Shown here: positions 52,896 to 64,000 of the stretch, one piece after another
Position numbering within the stretch: position 1 is the first letter of the stretch
Layout: the number at the start of each line of letters is the position of its first letter
Assembly (NCBI RefSeq): GCF_009914755.1
Contig: NC_060933.1
Direction: 5' to 3' (one strand)
DNA length: 64,000 bases
DNA from: the human T2T-CHM13v2.0 reference genome, Homo sapiens
Translations under genes and position numbers: made by a program
Notes under the pieces: generated by a model
Seen by the model: only the letters and a program-made list of their open reading frames with translations
What the model was told of the DNA's origin: nothing
Databases searched by the model: none

Positions 52896-55800
52896 AAGGC
52901 ATACTATGAAGATACTATGTATTCTGTTCCAGACCACCTTAATAAAGCAAATATTGCAATAAAGTAACAGGAATTTTTTTGTTTCCCAGTGCATATGAAA
53001 GTTATGTTTACACTATAATATTGTATATATATTAAGTGTGTCACAGCATTCTGTCTAAAAATGTATATACCTTTATTAAAAATACTTTATTGCTAAAAAA
53101 TGCTAATGATCACCTGACACTGAGACACAAAACAAGCATGAGCACACACTGCTGAAAAAATGTGCCAAGACTTGCTCCATGCAAGCGTTACCACAAACCT
53201 AGTTATTCCGTTACTAGGAATTTATTCTTTTTTAATTTTTAATTTTTGTCGGTACTTACTAGGTGCATATATGTATGGGGTACATGAGGTACTTTGATAC
53301 AGGCATGAAATGCATAATAATCATAGCAAATGAGGTATCCATCCTCTCAACTGTGTTACAAACAACCCAGTTATATTATTTTAGTTATTTTAAAATCTAC
53401 AATTAAACTATTATTGACTATAGTTACCCAGTTGTGCTATCAGATACTAGGTCTTATTCATCCTTTCAAACTAATTTTTGAACCTATTAACCATCCCAAC
53501 TTCCTCCTAATCCCCCAATACCCTCCCCAGCCTCTGGTAACCATCCTTCTACTCTCTCTGTCCATTTACTTGTTTTTATTTTTTATTTTAATTTTAATTA
53601 ATATTAAAATTGTTTGTTTTATTTTTTTGGTTCCCAAAAATAAGTGAGAACTTACAATGTTTGTCTTTCTGTGTCTGGCTTATTTCACTTAACATAATGA
53701 TCTCCAGTTCCATGTATGTTGTTGCAAAAGACTGGATCTCATTATTTATTTGTAACTGAATAGTGCTCCATTGTGCATATGTACCACATTTTCTTTATCC
53801 ATTCATCTGTTGATGGACACTTAGGTTGCTTCCAAATCTTAGCTATTGTAAACAGTGCTGCAACAAACACAGGAGTGCAGACATCTCTTAGATATACAGA
53901 TTTCCTTTCTTTTGGGATTGCTGGATCATATGGCAGCTCTATTTTTTTTTTTTTTTAGTTTTTTGAGGAAGCTCCAAACTATTCTCCATAGTGGTTGTAC
54001 TAATTTACATTTCCACCACCAGTATACAAATGTTTCCTTTTCTCCACATCCTCATCAGCATTGATTATTGCCTGTCATTTGTATATATGCCATTTTAACT
54101 GGGGTGAGATGATATCTCATTGCAGTATTGATTTGTATTTCTCTGATGATAGATGATGTCAAGCACCTTATTATAGGTCTGCTTGCCATTTGTATGTCTT
54201 ATTTTGAGAAATGTCTATTCAAATCTTTTGCCCATTTTTAAATTAGATTATTAGATTTTTTTCCTACAGAGTTGTTTTTGCTCCTTGTATATTCTGGTTA
54301 TTAATCCCTTTTCAGATGCGTAGTTTGCAAATATTTTATCCCACTCTGTGGGCTGTCTCTTCACTTTGTTGATTGATTCCTTTTTTGTGAAGAAGCTTTT
54401 TAACTTGATGTGATCCCATTTGTCCATTTTTGCTTTTGTTGTTTGTGCTTGTGGGGTATTACTGAAGAAATTTTTGCCCAGACCAATGTCCTGTAGAGTT
54501 TCCCCAAAGTTTTCATGTAATACTTTCATGATTTGAGAACTAAAATATAAGGTTTTAATCCATTTTGATTTGATTTTTGTATATGGAGAGAGATAAGGTT
54601 CTAATTTCATTCTTCTGCATATGGATATCCAGTTTTCCAATCATCATTTATTGAAGAGACTGTCTTTTCCCCAGTGTATGTTCTTGGCACCTTTGTCAAA
54701 TACGAGTTCACTTTAGGTGTGTGAATTTTCTTCTTGGGGGTTCTCTATTCTGTTCTATTGGTCTAAGTGTCTGTTTCTATGTCAGTACCATGCTGTTTTG
54801 GTTAGTATAGCTCTGTAGTGTAATTTAAAGTTAGGTATTGTAATTCCTCCCGTTTTGTTCTTTTTGCTTAGGATAGCTTTGGCTATTCTGGGTCTTTTGT
54901 GCTTCCATATAAATTTCAGGATTTTTTTTTCTATTTCTTTGAAGAATGTCATTGGTATTTTGATAGGAATTGCATTGAATGTATAGATTGCTTTGAGAAA
55001 TATGGACATTTTAACAACATTCATTCTTCCAATCTATGAACGTGGAAAATCATTCCATTTTTTGTATCCTCTTCAATTTCTTTCATCAGTGTTTTATAGT
55101 TTTCATTGTAAAAATCTTTCACTTCTTTGATTAATTTCTAGGTCTTTAATTTTATGTATGGGGATTACTTATTAAATTTCTTTTTCACATTGTTCATTGT
55201 TGGCAAATAGAAATGCTACTGCTTTGTAGGTTGATTTGTATCTTGCAACTTTCCTGAATTTGTTTTCCAGTTCTAATATTTTTTGTTAGAGTCTTTAGAT
55301 TTTTCTAAATATAAGCTCATATTATCTACAAACAAGGATAATTTGACTTCTCCCTTTCCAATTTGAATGTCCTTTATTTCTTTCTCTTGCCTGATTGATC
55401 TAGCTAGGAATTCTAGTATTATGTTGAAAAACAGTAGTGAAATGGGTATCCTTGTTGTATTTCTGATCTTAGAGGAAAAGCTTTTAGTTTTTACCCATTC
55501 AGTATGATACTAGCTGTGCATCTGTCATGTACAGCTTTTTTTTATATTGGGGTGTGTTTTTTCTATATCTAGTTTTGGGCGGATTTTATCAAGAAGAAAT
55601 GTTGAATTTTATCAAATGAGTGTTCAGCATTAATTGATCATATGCTTTTTGTCCTTCATTCTGTTTATATGATAGTCCATATTGATTGATTTGCGTATGT
55701 TAAGACATCCTTGCATACCTTGAGTAAATCCCACTTGGTCATGGTAAATGATCTTTTTAAAAGTATTGTTGAATTTGGTTTGCTTAGTATTTTATCGAGG

Positions 55801-56868
55801 ATTTTTTCATTGATATTCATCAGAGATATTAGCCTGTAGTTTTCTTTTTTTTTAATGTGTCTTTTCCTGTTTTTGGTATCAGGGTAGTATTGGCCTTGTA
55901 GAATGAGTTTTAGAAGTATTCTCTCCACCTCTACTTTTTTTTGAAATAGTTTGAGTAGGATTGGTATTAGTCTAGAAATGTCATCTGGGAACTAGGGCCT
56001 AGAATGGGGTCCTTATGGCTTGTCTGGTGCCCTTACTCTACTGTGGCTGAGCTGATATCCAGTGTAAGACAAAGCATTCTTTACTGTTCACTCTCCTCTC
56101 CTCAAGCAGAAGGAAGGAGTTACTTTTGTTGCTGCCAGCTGCATTGCCTGGGGTTAAGGGAGAGGTTGGACAAGCACTCCTTTATCCACCCCAGCTGGTG
56201 TCTCCCTAGATCACATGCCATCCTAGTCCCCTGGCTCGAAGACCAGCCCAGCACTAGAAGTTGCCTAGGAATTTCAGACCTTGTGTTCTAGACTTCCTTT
56301 CAAGTGTATCTAGGACCCCAGAGCCCTTTAGCTTGTGGTGGTGAGGCTTGCCAAAGCTCAAGTTCTGACCATTGAGATAGGTTATTCCCTCTTGGTTAGG
56401 GCTGGTCCAAATGCTCCTTCTGTAGATGAGTGCCAGCCAAACCCAGCATAGCTTTACTTTCTGCGTGACAGGATAGCACTGAGTTCAATGCCAAGTCCCT
56501 AAGTCACTGTGTTCTCCCTCTCCCAAGTGCACAGATTCTCTCTCCAAGCCATGTGGCCACTGCCAGGAGATGGGGGAGAGGTGACATAGGCAGTTCAAGA
56601 CTGTCTTTGCTACACTCTTCAATGTCTCTTTCAGTGATGTGGCATTAAACCAGTTACTATGATTGCTCACCTGATTTTTGGTTGCTATGATGGTACTTTT
56701 TTGTGTGTACATAGTTCTTAAATTTTGGTGTTCCTGCAGGGGGAATTATTGGTTGAGGCTTCTGTTTGGCCATCTTGCTCCACATCTCTATGAGTATGTT
56801 CTCTAAATGAAATTTAATTTATATAAAAAAGTAATATTTGTAAAGCACAGTAAAATGAGGTATGCCCA
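52896..56868. mobile_element. Internally deleted Tigger1 (pieces 52896-53200 and ~56812-56868)
   Basis: One end ta|aaggcatac...gttccagaccaccttaataaagcaaatattgcaataaag; the other end ...gacttgctccatgcaagcgttaccacaaacct // ttaatttatataaaaaagtaatatttgtaaagcacagtaaaatgaggtatgcc. The terminal inverted motif is ggcatac/gtatgcc. Confidence 0.85.
53228..56788 (-). mobile_element. L1MA2-like element: 3'UTR, ORF2 3' half, and 5'UTR (ORF1 and endonuclease missing)
   Basis: 3' end tttttgtcggtacttactaggtgcatatatgtatggggtacatgag. ORF2 fragments 54251-54640 ([13 protein letters not shown]) and 54782-55024 ([13 protein letters not shown]). L1M 5'UTR at 55972-56788 ends in ggccatcttg (YY1-type caagatggcc on the sense strand). 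Confidence 0.9.
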
Positions 56869-57203
56869 TTTTTTTCCTTTTTATTGTTAAGTAGTATTTC
56901 ATTATGGTTATACTAAAATTTGTTCATTTATTTATTCCTGAACATTTGGGTTGTTTCCAGTTTTTGAAAATTATAAAGAAAGATATTAATGTAGTTATTC
57001 TAGTCTCTCTTAGTCACTGTTTGCATCGTATAGCTTTCTCTAACATTTAGCTTTTGAACTTTGTGTTTTTTCATTTGAAAGATATAATTTAATCTTAAAA
57101 AATATATATCTACACAAGTATTTGTGAAGACATACACTTTGAGTTTTCTTGGGTAAATACCGAATAGGAAAATTATTTACAAGTGTGTATGTTTGACTTT
57201 ACT

Positions 57204-57231
57204 AAAACAAAACAAAACAAAACAAAAAAAA
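57204..57231 (+). repeat. (AAAAC)n microsatellite
   Basis: Direct reading. Confidence 0.92.
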
Positions 57232-57899
57232 CTACAAATTGTCTTCAAAGTGGTGGCAACATTTGAGAATTCCGCTTGCTTCACAAATGCCAAAATTTGT
57301 ATTCTCATTCTTTTAAATTGTAACCATTTTAGTTGTTGCACAGTTTTATCTCACTGTCTTTAACTCTCACTGCCCTGATGACTAATATGTTGAGTACCTT
57401 TTCATGTGCTTGTTAGCCATTATCACTTTTTGTATGAAATGAATATCCAAATATTTTACACATTTTCTTAAATTGGGCTATTTGTCTTCATATTGTTGAG
57501 TTGTAAATGTCCTTTATATATTCTGGAGATAAGTATTGTAATTTTTTCCAATTTGGGGTTTGCATTTTCATTTCATTAATAAAGTATTCTTTAAGGAAAA
57601 AAATGTTTACTTTTAATAAAGTCCAATGTGTCAATATGTTTCCTTCATGATTTGTGCTTTGAAAACTGTCTAAAATATCTTTGTCCACTCCCCACTCATA
57701 AAGATTTTTCTCTTATATCCACTTTAATTTTTGTTAGTAGTACAAATTAAAGTTTGAGGTTCATTCTTTTATACAGATACCTAGTTTAAGCATCATTTGT
57801 TCAAAAACTTTCCTTCTTAATGAAACATTTTGGCACCTTTGTCAATAATCAATGACTATTTCTGTATGGGTGTCATGCCAACACCACACTATCTTTTCA

Positions 57900-58910
57900 A
57901 CGTTTTTTCTCTCTCTGTTCTCCAATTTAGATAGTTCCTAGTGGCATTTATTCAGCTTCACTGATTGTTTTTTTCTACATTGTTTTCTCTGATCTATATC
58001 CCACCTAGTAAATGTTTTTTTCAGCTCTAAAAATTCTATTGTGTGTGTGTGTGTGTGTCTTCCATTATCTCTTCATTATTTTCATGCTTTGAAAAAAATA
58101 TTGAGCATGTTTATAGTAGCCATTTTACAGCCTTTGTTTGCTAATCTAATAATATCTGTCATTTCTGAATCTTTTTTATTAGCTGATGCATTTCTCCTGG
58201 GCTACATCACATTTTCCTGCTTTTTTTATTTCTAGTAATTTTTTTTAACGGTTGTTTTTGAGTTTGTGTATTTTTTTAAGTACTGAACTTTGTTCTGATA
58301 GGCAATTAATAAATTTTGGATAAATTTTATCTTTTCAAGGCTGACGTAGGTGTAGCCCTTACTCTAGGGATTGTTTAGCTCTGATGCAAAGATGAAACAT
58401 TTCTGTACTTTCTACAAGATGTTCCAGGTATTTATGAAGGTCTCTCTATTCTGATTGGACAGAGATATAATACGTTTTAATGTTGAGCAGACTCAGTGAT
58501 TATGTACCTTACAGCTCTCCAATAGACCTCCAATAGACAAATAATATTGTATAGAATTCTCCATAGTTTACTTTCTGGCAACAAAGTCCAGGGACCCCTA
58601 TGTAGATTTTGGGAGTTCTTTCCTTACTTACCATCTGCTCTGCAAATTCTACCTGACTTACCTTCCTATGCTTCAATGTCTGTTTTCTCAACTGATCTCC
58701 TAATGGTCCCCTTTTCTGCACTAAAATATGGAAAATGCCTCCAGACAGAAAGCCAAGATCACTATAGGTCTCATCTTATTTCCATTCTCTTCTAAATCAC
58801 CATCTTGTGTTGCTTATTGTTTAATGTCAGAAATCAAATGTGTCATATATTTTGACAAGTTTTCTGGCTGTTTAAGGTAGGGAAAACAAGTCTAGTTTCA
58901 GTTACACAAA
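57900..58910 (-). mobile_element. Old L1M ORF1/5' region fragments
   Basis: ttctctctctgttctccaatttagatagttcc...cagcttcactgatt...ttcagctctaaaattctatt; ggaaaatgcctccagacagaaagcc...tgtgtcatatattttgacaagttttctggctgttt. Confidence 0.62.
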
Positions 58911-61095
58911 CTGAGAGTTCTTAATTATATTTTATATAAGTCTCTTTTTTCAAAATTGTCTATAATGTGCATAAAAATAATTGTGTAATTAAAAATATGC
59001 ACATAATAATCCATTGGTCATTCTGCATCTTTTCCCAAAGTAAAGATGATAGTACAAGCTAATGAGATAAAATACCAAGCATTTTATTTTCCCTGTTGTT
59101 ATTAGGCATTAGAAATTTTGACCTTGGAGAGCTATATTTTAAATTTTTATATAACTATGGCAGAAAGAAAAAAGTTTTTACCTATGCTTACTTGTGTGGT
59201 CAAAATCATTATTGTCTGCTCTCTGTTTCTATCTCAATAATACCATTCTTCATGGCTGTAGCATAGTTTTTATTTGTGGAGTTATGAAAAATGCAGGCTG
59301 GTCACCCAAGCAGAAAAAAGAACGTTGTCTTCAAAGCCAAATCCCCAGTGTACAGAAGAATCATCTCAAAACCATGCAGCAGATTTCAGTACAATTCACA
59401 GCTACTGACATTTTATGGACCAGGAAGATCCAAGCTTAACTAGCATAGAAAAAGTAATACATTTCCTTCCTTTTGTAGAAAGCTGCATATAATATATCTT
59501 TGAAGACAGGGTTAAGATTATCACCATGTTCTTCTATGGATAAATACAGGAGTTCAGTTTCTGAGGCTGTGTCAGAGTTTGCAGACAATAAATTCACATA
59601 ACAGTAAAACAAATGCTACTTGCAGAGAAAAAACATTGGCAGTTTGTATTTCAGTTCTGTGCACTATGCCGGGTGCGTATAGTGTGCTGATTTACAGAGA
59701 AGGTTCCTCAGTACTTTATACTTTGCAAACTCATATTTCCTGTCCTATAGTGTAACTGATTTTCCAAGGCTTTTATTTTGGGGGCAAGAGGGAGATAGGA
59801 ATTCAAAACACCTGTATTTGTTTGATGTGTGAGTGGTATTTAATGACAGAATGATAACAAATGGATGTGTCAGGGATTGATGTTACCCACTTTATCCCCT
59901 TGGTACCTAGTCTCTTGATTTCTGCTTTCATAAACTAAGCACAATGTTTTATTTCTGTACAATAAAGTTTGTCTCAATAAAATTATTTCCTTCAATTAGC
60001 TTCCTCAGCAATGATGAGCCTCCGGTAATGTAATGATTTTGTACTAATAGCTGAAAGTGTGTTATCAGCTAATGCCTCTTTTCATAAGTGCTAGTGTGTA
60101 ATACTTAACCAGCTCCTAAGATTAGTGGATGAATCTCTGGAGATACCCAGAGCCCAAGTAGTTTACCATTCGTAAAAGCATAGGTCCATTATCTTATTTT
60201 ATACAATGAGTAGCATTTATGCATTTATTGAACATTTATTATGTGGTGGGCATTACATTAATGTTTTATGTGTACTCTGTCTTACTTCCACAAGAACCAT
60301 CCAAGTAGGCATGAAACTGAACTAGTATGAGACCATGAGAAGCTTCAGGGTTGGAGTATGGGTGGCAATGCTAATGTCAAGAAACAGGAAACCAAGCTGA
60401 TACAGGAGCAGATGGGTGATGTGCCGCTCCTGCTCAAATCCTAATCAATTCTGAAGCTATCTGGAAAATAGATGGGAGCCACTGGACAATTTCCAGGGCA
60501 CAGAGAATGTATTATAAACTGTGCTGAGCTACTTAAATGTATTCTTTGGTAAGTTTGTGTCCATCACTGGAGCAGAAGAATGAAAGACTAGAAATTCCTT
60601 TCTTCTTCCCTTTTCTTTACGATCCTCTTGTTTCCCCCAAAAACTTAATGTTAGCATATTTAAAAATTTCCCTTTCTCTTAGGAGAAAGGAAGTAAATTC
60701 TCTTCATGGTACATATATGTTTTGCCCATCTTTGAATTTGGATATGAACACTTTTTATGTTATTTTCATTTATAGCCAAATACATACTAAAAATGAGAAA
60801 TTAAATTCTATATCATTCATCAAGCACAGAGCCCACATCTGAAAATACAGCTTGCTGGGTTAGAATACAATAATGTATAAAATATAGACTGCATTTTCAG
60901 AATGCTTTCCATCTGGCAGATGGTAGAACTAGAGTACAATATAAAACTAAGGATACTTTAAAGAAAACTAAGATAAAAGGCATATAAATGGGTTCAGAAA
61001 AGTAATAACATGAAAACCTTCCTGGGGAAGAAGTATGAAAAAATGCATGAGGGTCAGAATTGACATGACATTTTCTACTAACTTAAAAAGTTTCA

Positions 61096-61458
61096 TCTAG
61101 CATTAGGTATATCTCCCGATGCTATCCCTCCCCCATCCCCCGACCCCACAACAGTCCCCAGAGTGTGATATTCCCCTTCCTGTGTCCATGTGATCTCATT
61201 GTTCAATTCCCACCTATGAGTGAGAATATGCGGTGTTTGGTTTTTGTTCTTGGGATAGTTTACTGAGAATGATGATTTCCAATTTCATCCATGTCCCTAC
61301 AAAGGACATGAACTCTTCATGCTAGATGACGAGTTAGTGGGTGCAGTGCACCAGCATGGCACATGTATACATATGTAACTAACTTGCACAATGTGCACAT
61401 GTACCCTAAAACTTAAAGTATAATAAAAAAATAAATACAAAAAAATCAAAAAGAAAAA
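61096..61458 (+). mobile_element. Short L1PA2-type insertion with a 5' inversion (twin priming)
   Basis: Inverted part ~61094-61318, forward part 61319-61458 (atgctagatgacgagttagtggg...cttaaagtataataaaaaa); TSD aaaaagtttca at 61085-95 and 61459-69; TT/AAAA site. Confidence 0.96.
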
Positions 61459-62334
61459 AAAAAGTTTCAGTATTCAAATGAATGCATCATCAGTCACATG
61501 TCTTTTCAGGATTATAGCATACGTTGTATGTTGTAACTATATTCTAATTGGCTCATCTTTTTTTCTATTATTAATACTGCTAATTAGTCCTAACTAATTA
61601 GTCCTAACTTGACATAAACACTCAAGAAATTGATCAGTTTAAGAACAATTTCACTTTTTGTCACTGTTGAGTTTTTCTTCAGAGGTTTATATACAAAGCC
61701 TATATTTTTCCTAATTTATGAAAATGACAGACATGATACAACTCAAGCTTCTGAACAAGGAAATTCCCAGTAAACAGAATTAGTATCTATCAGACTAACA
61801 ACACACATTTGTCTGGTCTACTTTCATACAGGGAGGCTTCTAATGCTATCAAAACTAACCTTGACCCACTAGTCAATGGCCAGGAATGCAGAGATGAGGC
61901 TTGCAAAGATATTTGAATGGCATTATTAGTTAATCAAATGGTTATAAGCACCAAAATTCAACCTTACATAATATTTATATCTACAAATCTGTAGAATCTA
62001 CAGCTAATACTTAGTTTAACACTCTACTGAGAGTATGCAGACTATTTTTAGTAACCCTCAGAATCAAAACAGCCTCTATTCATAAGATCTTTGTGCACAT
62101 AAAGAAAAAAAAAAAAGTAGCCCCATGGAGAGCATAAAATATTCACCCCCTTTAAATGCATTACTAGTGTTGATATTATACTGTAATTAGAAAAGATGTT
62201 ACCATTGGAGAAAACTGGGCAAGATTATAAGGAACCATTCCATATTATTTTTGCAACAGTATGTAAATCTATAATTATTTAAATATTAAAAAAATTATAA
62301 ATGAAATACCAGTACTCCAAGGATCAATGCTACA

Positions 62335-62779
62335 TTTATTTATTTATTTATTGCTTTATCACTTTATTTATTTATTTATTTTTTTATTATACTTTAAGTT
62401 CTAGGGTACATGTGCACAAGGTGCAGGTTTGTTACATATGTATACATGTGCCATGTTGGTGTGCTGAACCCATTAACTCATCATTTACATTAGGTATATC
62501 CCCCAATGCCATACCTCCCCCCACCCCCACCCCATGACAGGCTCCGGTGTGTGATGTTCCCCTTCCTGTGTCCATGTGTTCTATGGTTTTAGGTCTAACA
62601 TTTAAGTCTTTAATCTGTCTTGAATTAATTTTTGTATAAGGTGTAAGAAAGGGATCCAGTTTCAGCTTTCTACATATGGCTAGCCACTTTTCCCAGCACT
62701 ATTTATTAAATAGGGAATCCTTTCCCCACTTCTTGTTTTTGTCAGGTTTGTCAAAGATGGTTGTAGATGTGTGGTATTA
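62335..62779 (-). mobile_element. L1PA5/6-like 3' fragment with a ~0.9 kb internal deletion
   Basis: (TTTA)n tail, ttattatactttaagttctagggtacatgtgc; 3'UTR up to 62582 joined to ORF2 atggttttaggtctaac...gggatccagtttcagc. Confidence 0.93.
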
Positions 62780-63087
62780 GAGAAACCTATTTTCTTGGGA
62801 AATAAGGGTCGTAATATTGGGGAAAGTGTATGAAACTTTAATAGGAAGAGAGAACGTTAATATTTTATTGCTTGAGGAGTCCTTAGGTACAGATGGCAAA
62901 CAGAAGCACATATGTTGCTGTCTCCCCAAGTGCCGCCTTATACCTATGACAGTCCTCACTTGTGGAGGACAGTGAAATTTGGGACTTCATTCAGACTCAA
63001 ATTCATGATCCCTCTTGAGGCAGTTCTCCAGGCACCTGTTAATAAACTGGTGGTATCACATGAAATAGAACCTTTTGGTCCTATGAA

Positions 63088-63500
63088 TTAATCCATCCAA
63101 CAAATATGTGTTAAGCTACTATGAACCAGGCAATTTTTAATTGTTGAAAATAAACTGATAATAAGACAGAGTCTATACATTCCTAAAGATCATAGGTTTG
63201 GTAAACAGATTTAGTTAGAGCCAAGGGTGGCAAATAGATGTCATCATCCAGTGTTGCAGGAGGGAGTGCAGAAAATGGCTATCTTTAGAGATAGGCAGAA
63301 GGTGACACATAGTGGAGTGTGACTGGTGTCTTAATAGGAGTTAATCAAGTGGGGAAGAAGTAGAAGAGCAAACACGTTCAATGCATAGTTGATATTTAAT
63401 CACATGGCAAACTCAAGGAAGTGTTAAGAATCTATAATGAAGACAGAATTGCATACGTTAAAGTGGGAGAGAGCAATCAAATATAAAAATGGAAAGGAAA
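63088..63500 (-). mobile_element. L2 3' portion
   Basis: atccatccaacaaatatgtgttaagctactatgaaccaggc...aataagacagagtc...cagaaggtgaca...aataggagttaatcaagtgggg. Confidence 0.7.
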
Positions 63501-63684
63501 AGCCTTGACTTTATGACCACACACAAACACACATATCCTGTGGGCAGGGAAACTGCAACTATTGGCTTGTAGGGAGAAGCCAAAGAGTGGGTTCCAAGGT
63601 TATACCTACCCAGTCTCACACTATCCAGATGAGAGAAAGAACAAGAGGATATTCATAAAATAAGCAAAAACGGGGGTTTTCAGG

Positions 63685-64000
63685 TGGATTAGTCAGGGTT
63701 CTCTTAGAGAGACAGAACTAATTCTCTCTCTCTCGATATATAATATATAACATATATCTCAATATATAATATATATCTCGATATACTATATATGTCGATA
63801 TATGTAAATATGTAGATAAATATATTATCTATATATTTATATATTTTTATATATATTTACATAGATATTTTATCTATATAAAATATCTATATAAAAATAT
63901 ATTTATATAGATCTATATATTTATATATAGATCTATATATAGATCTATATATTTATATATAGATCTATATATATAGATTTATATATTATATATCGATTTA
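63685..64000 (+). mobile_element. 5' end of an MLT2 (HERV-L) LTR followed by an expanded TA-rich tract (runs off the window)
   Basis: tggattagtcagggttctcttagagagacagaactaa matches the recalled MLT2A/B start, a family known to carry (TA)n just downstream. Confidence 0.8.

Larger units (their letters stand above)
52500..57895 (-). mobile_element. Old L1 (L1MB/MC-like) in two pieces, 52500-52895 and 56869-57895, hosting Tigger1 and L1MA2
   Basis: ttttgaggtataatt...aaccactgatttgcttcctgtcacc...ttctgagatttatcagtg; resumes tttttattgttaagtagtatttcatt...catttgggttgtttccagtttt...ttttcatgtgcttgttagccatt. Confidence 0.75.

Overview
This is AT-rich, CpG-poor primate genomic DNA, most likely hominid given the AluY and L1PA2-type insertions. 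It looks intergenic or deep-intronic, and I cannot name the locus. I found no intact host protein-coding gene, RNA gene, CpG island or CRISPR array. The ORF-track entries are either L1/Alu-derived or short chance ORFs. The window is a layered record of transposable elements: L1 (L1ME to L1PA2), Alu, MIR, L2, MaLR/ERV LTRs, and hAT and Tigger DNA transposons. The most notable items are: (1) a ~2.2 kb fossil hAT transposase gene at ~14300-16300, missed by the ORF track, split by an MST LTR and ending in a MER53-like terminus; (2) a near-perfect 51-nt hairpin at 18814-18864 in non-repeat DNA; (3) a 29-bp local templated copy (50768 to 52636); (4) a strong isolated 52-nt exon at 51411-51462; (5) a twin-primed, 5'-inverted L1PA2 with TSDs; and (6) several internally deleted or nested elements. 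Subfamily names come from recalled consensus sequences, not from a search, and many boundaries are approximate.
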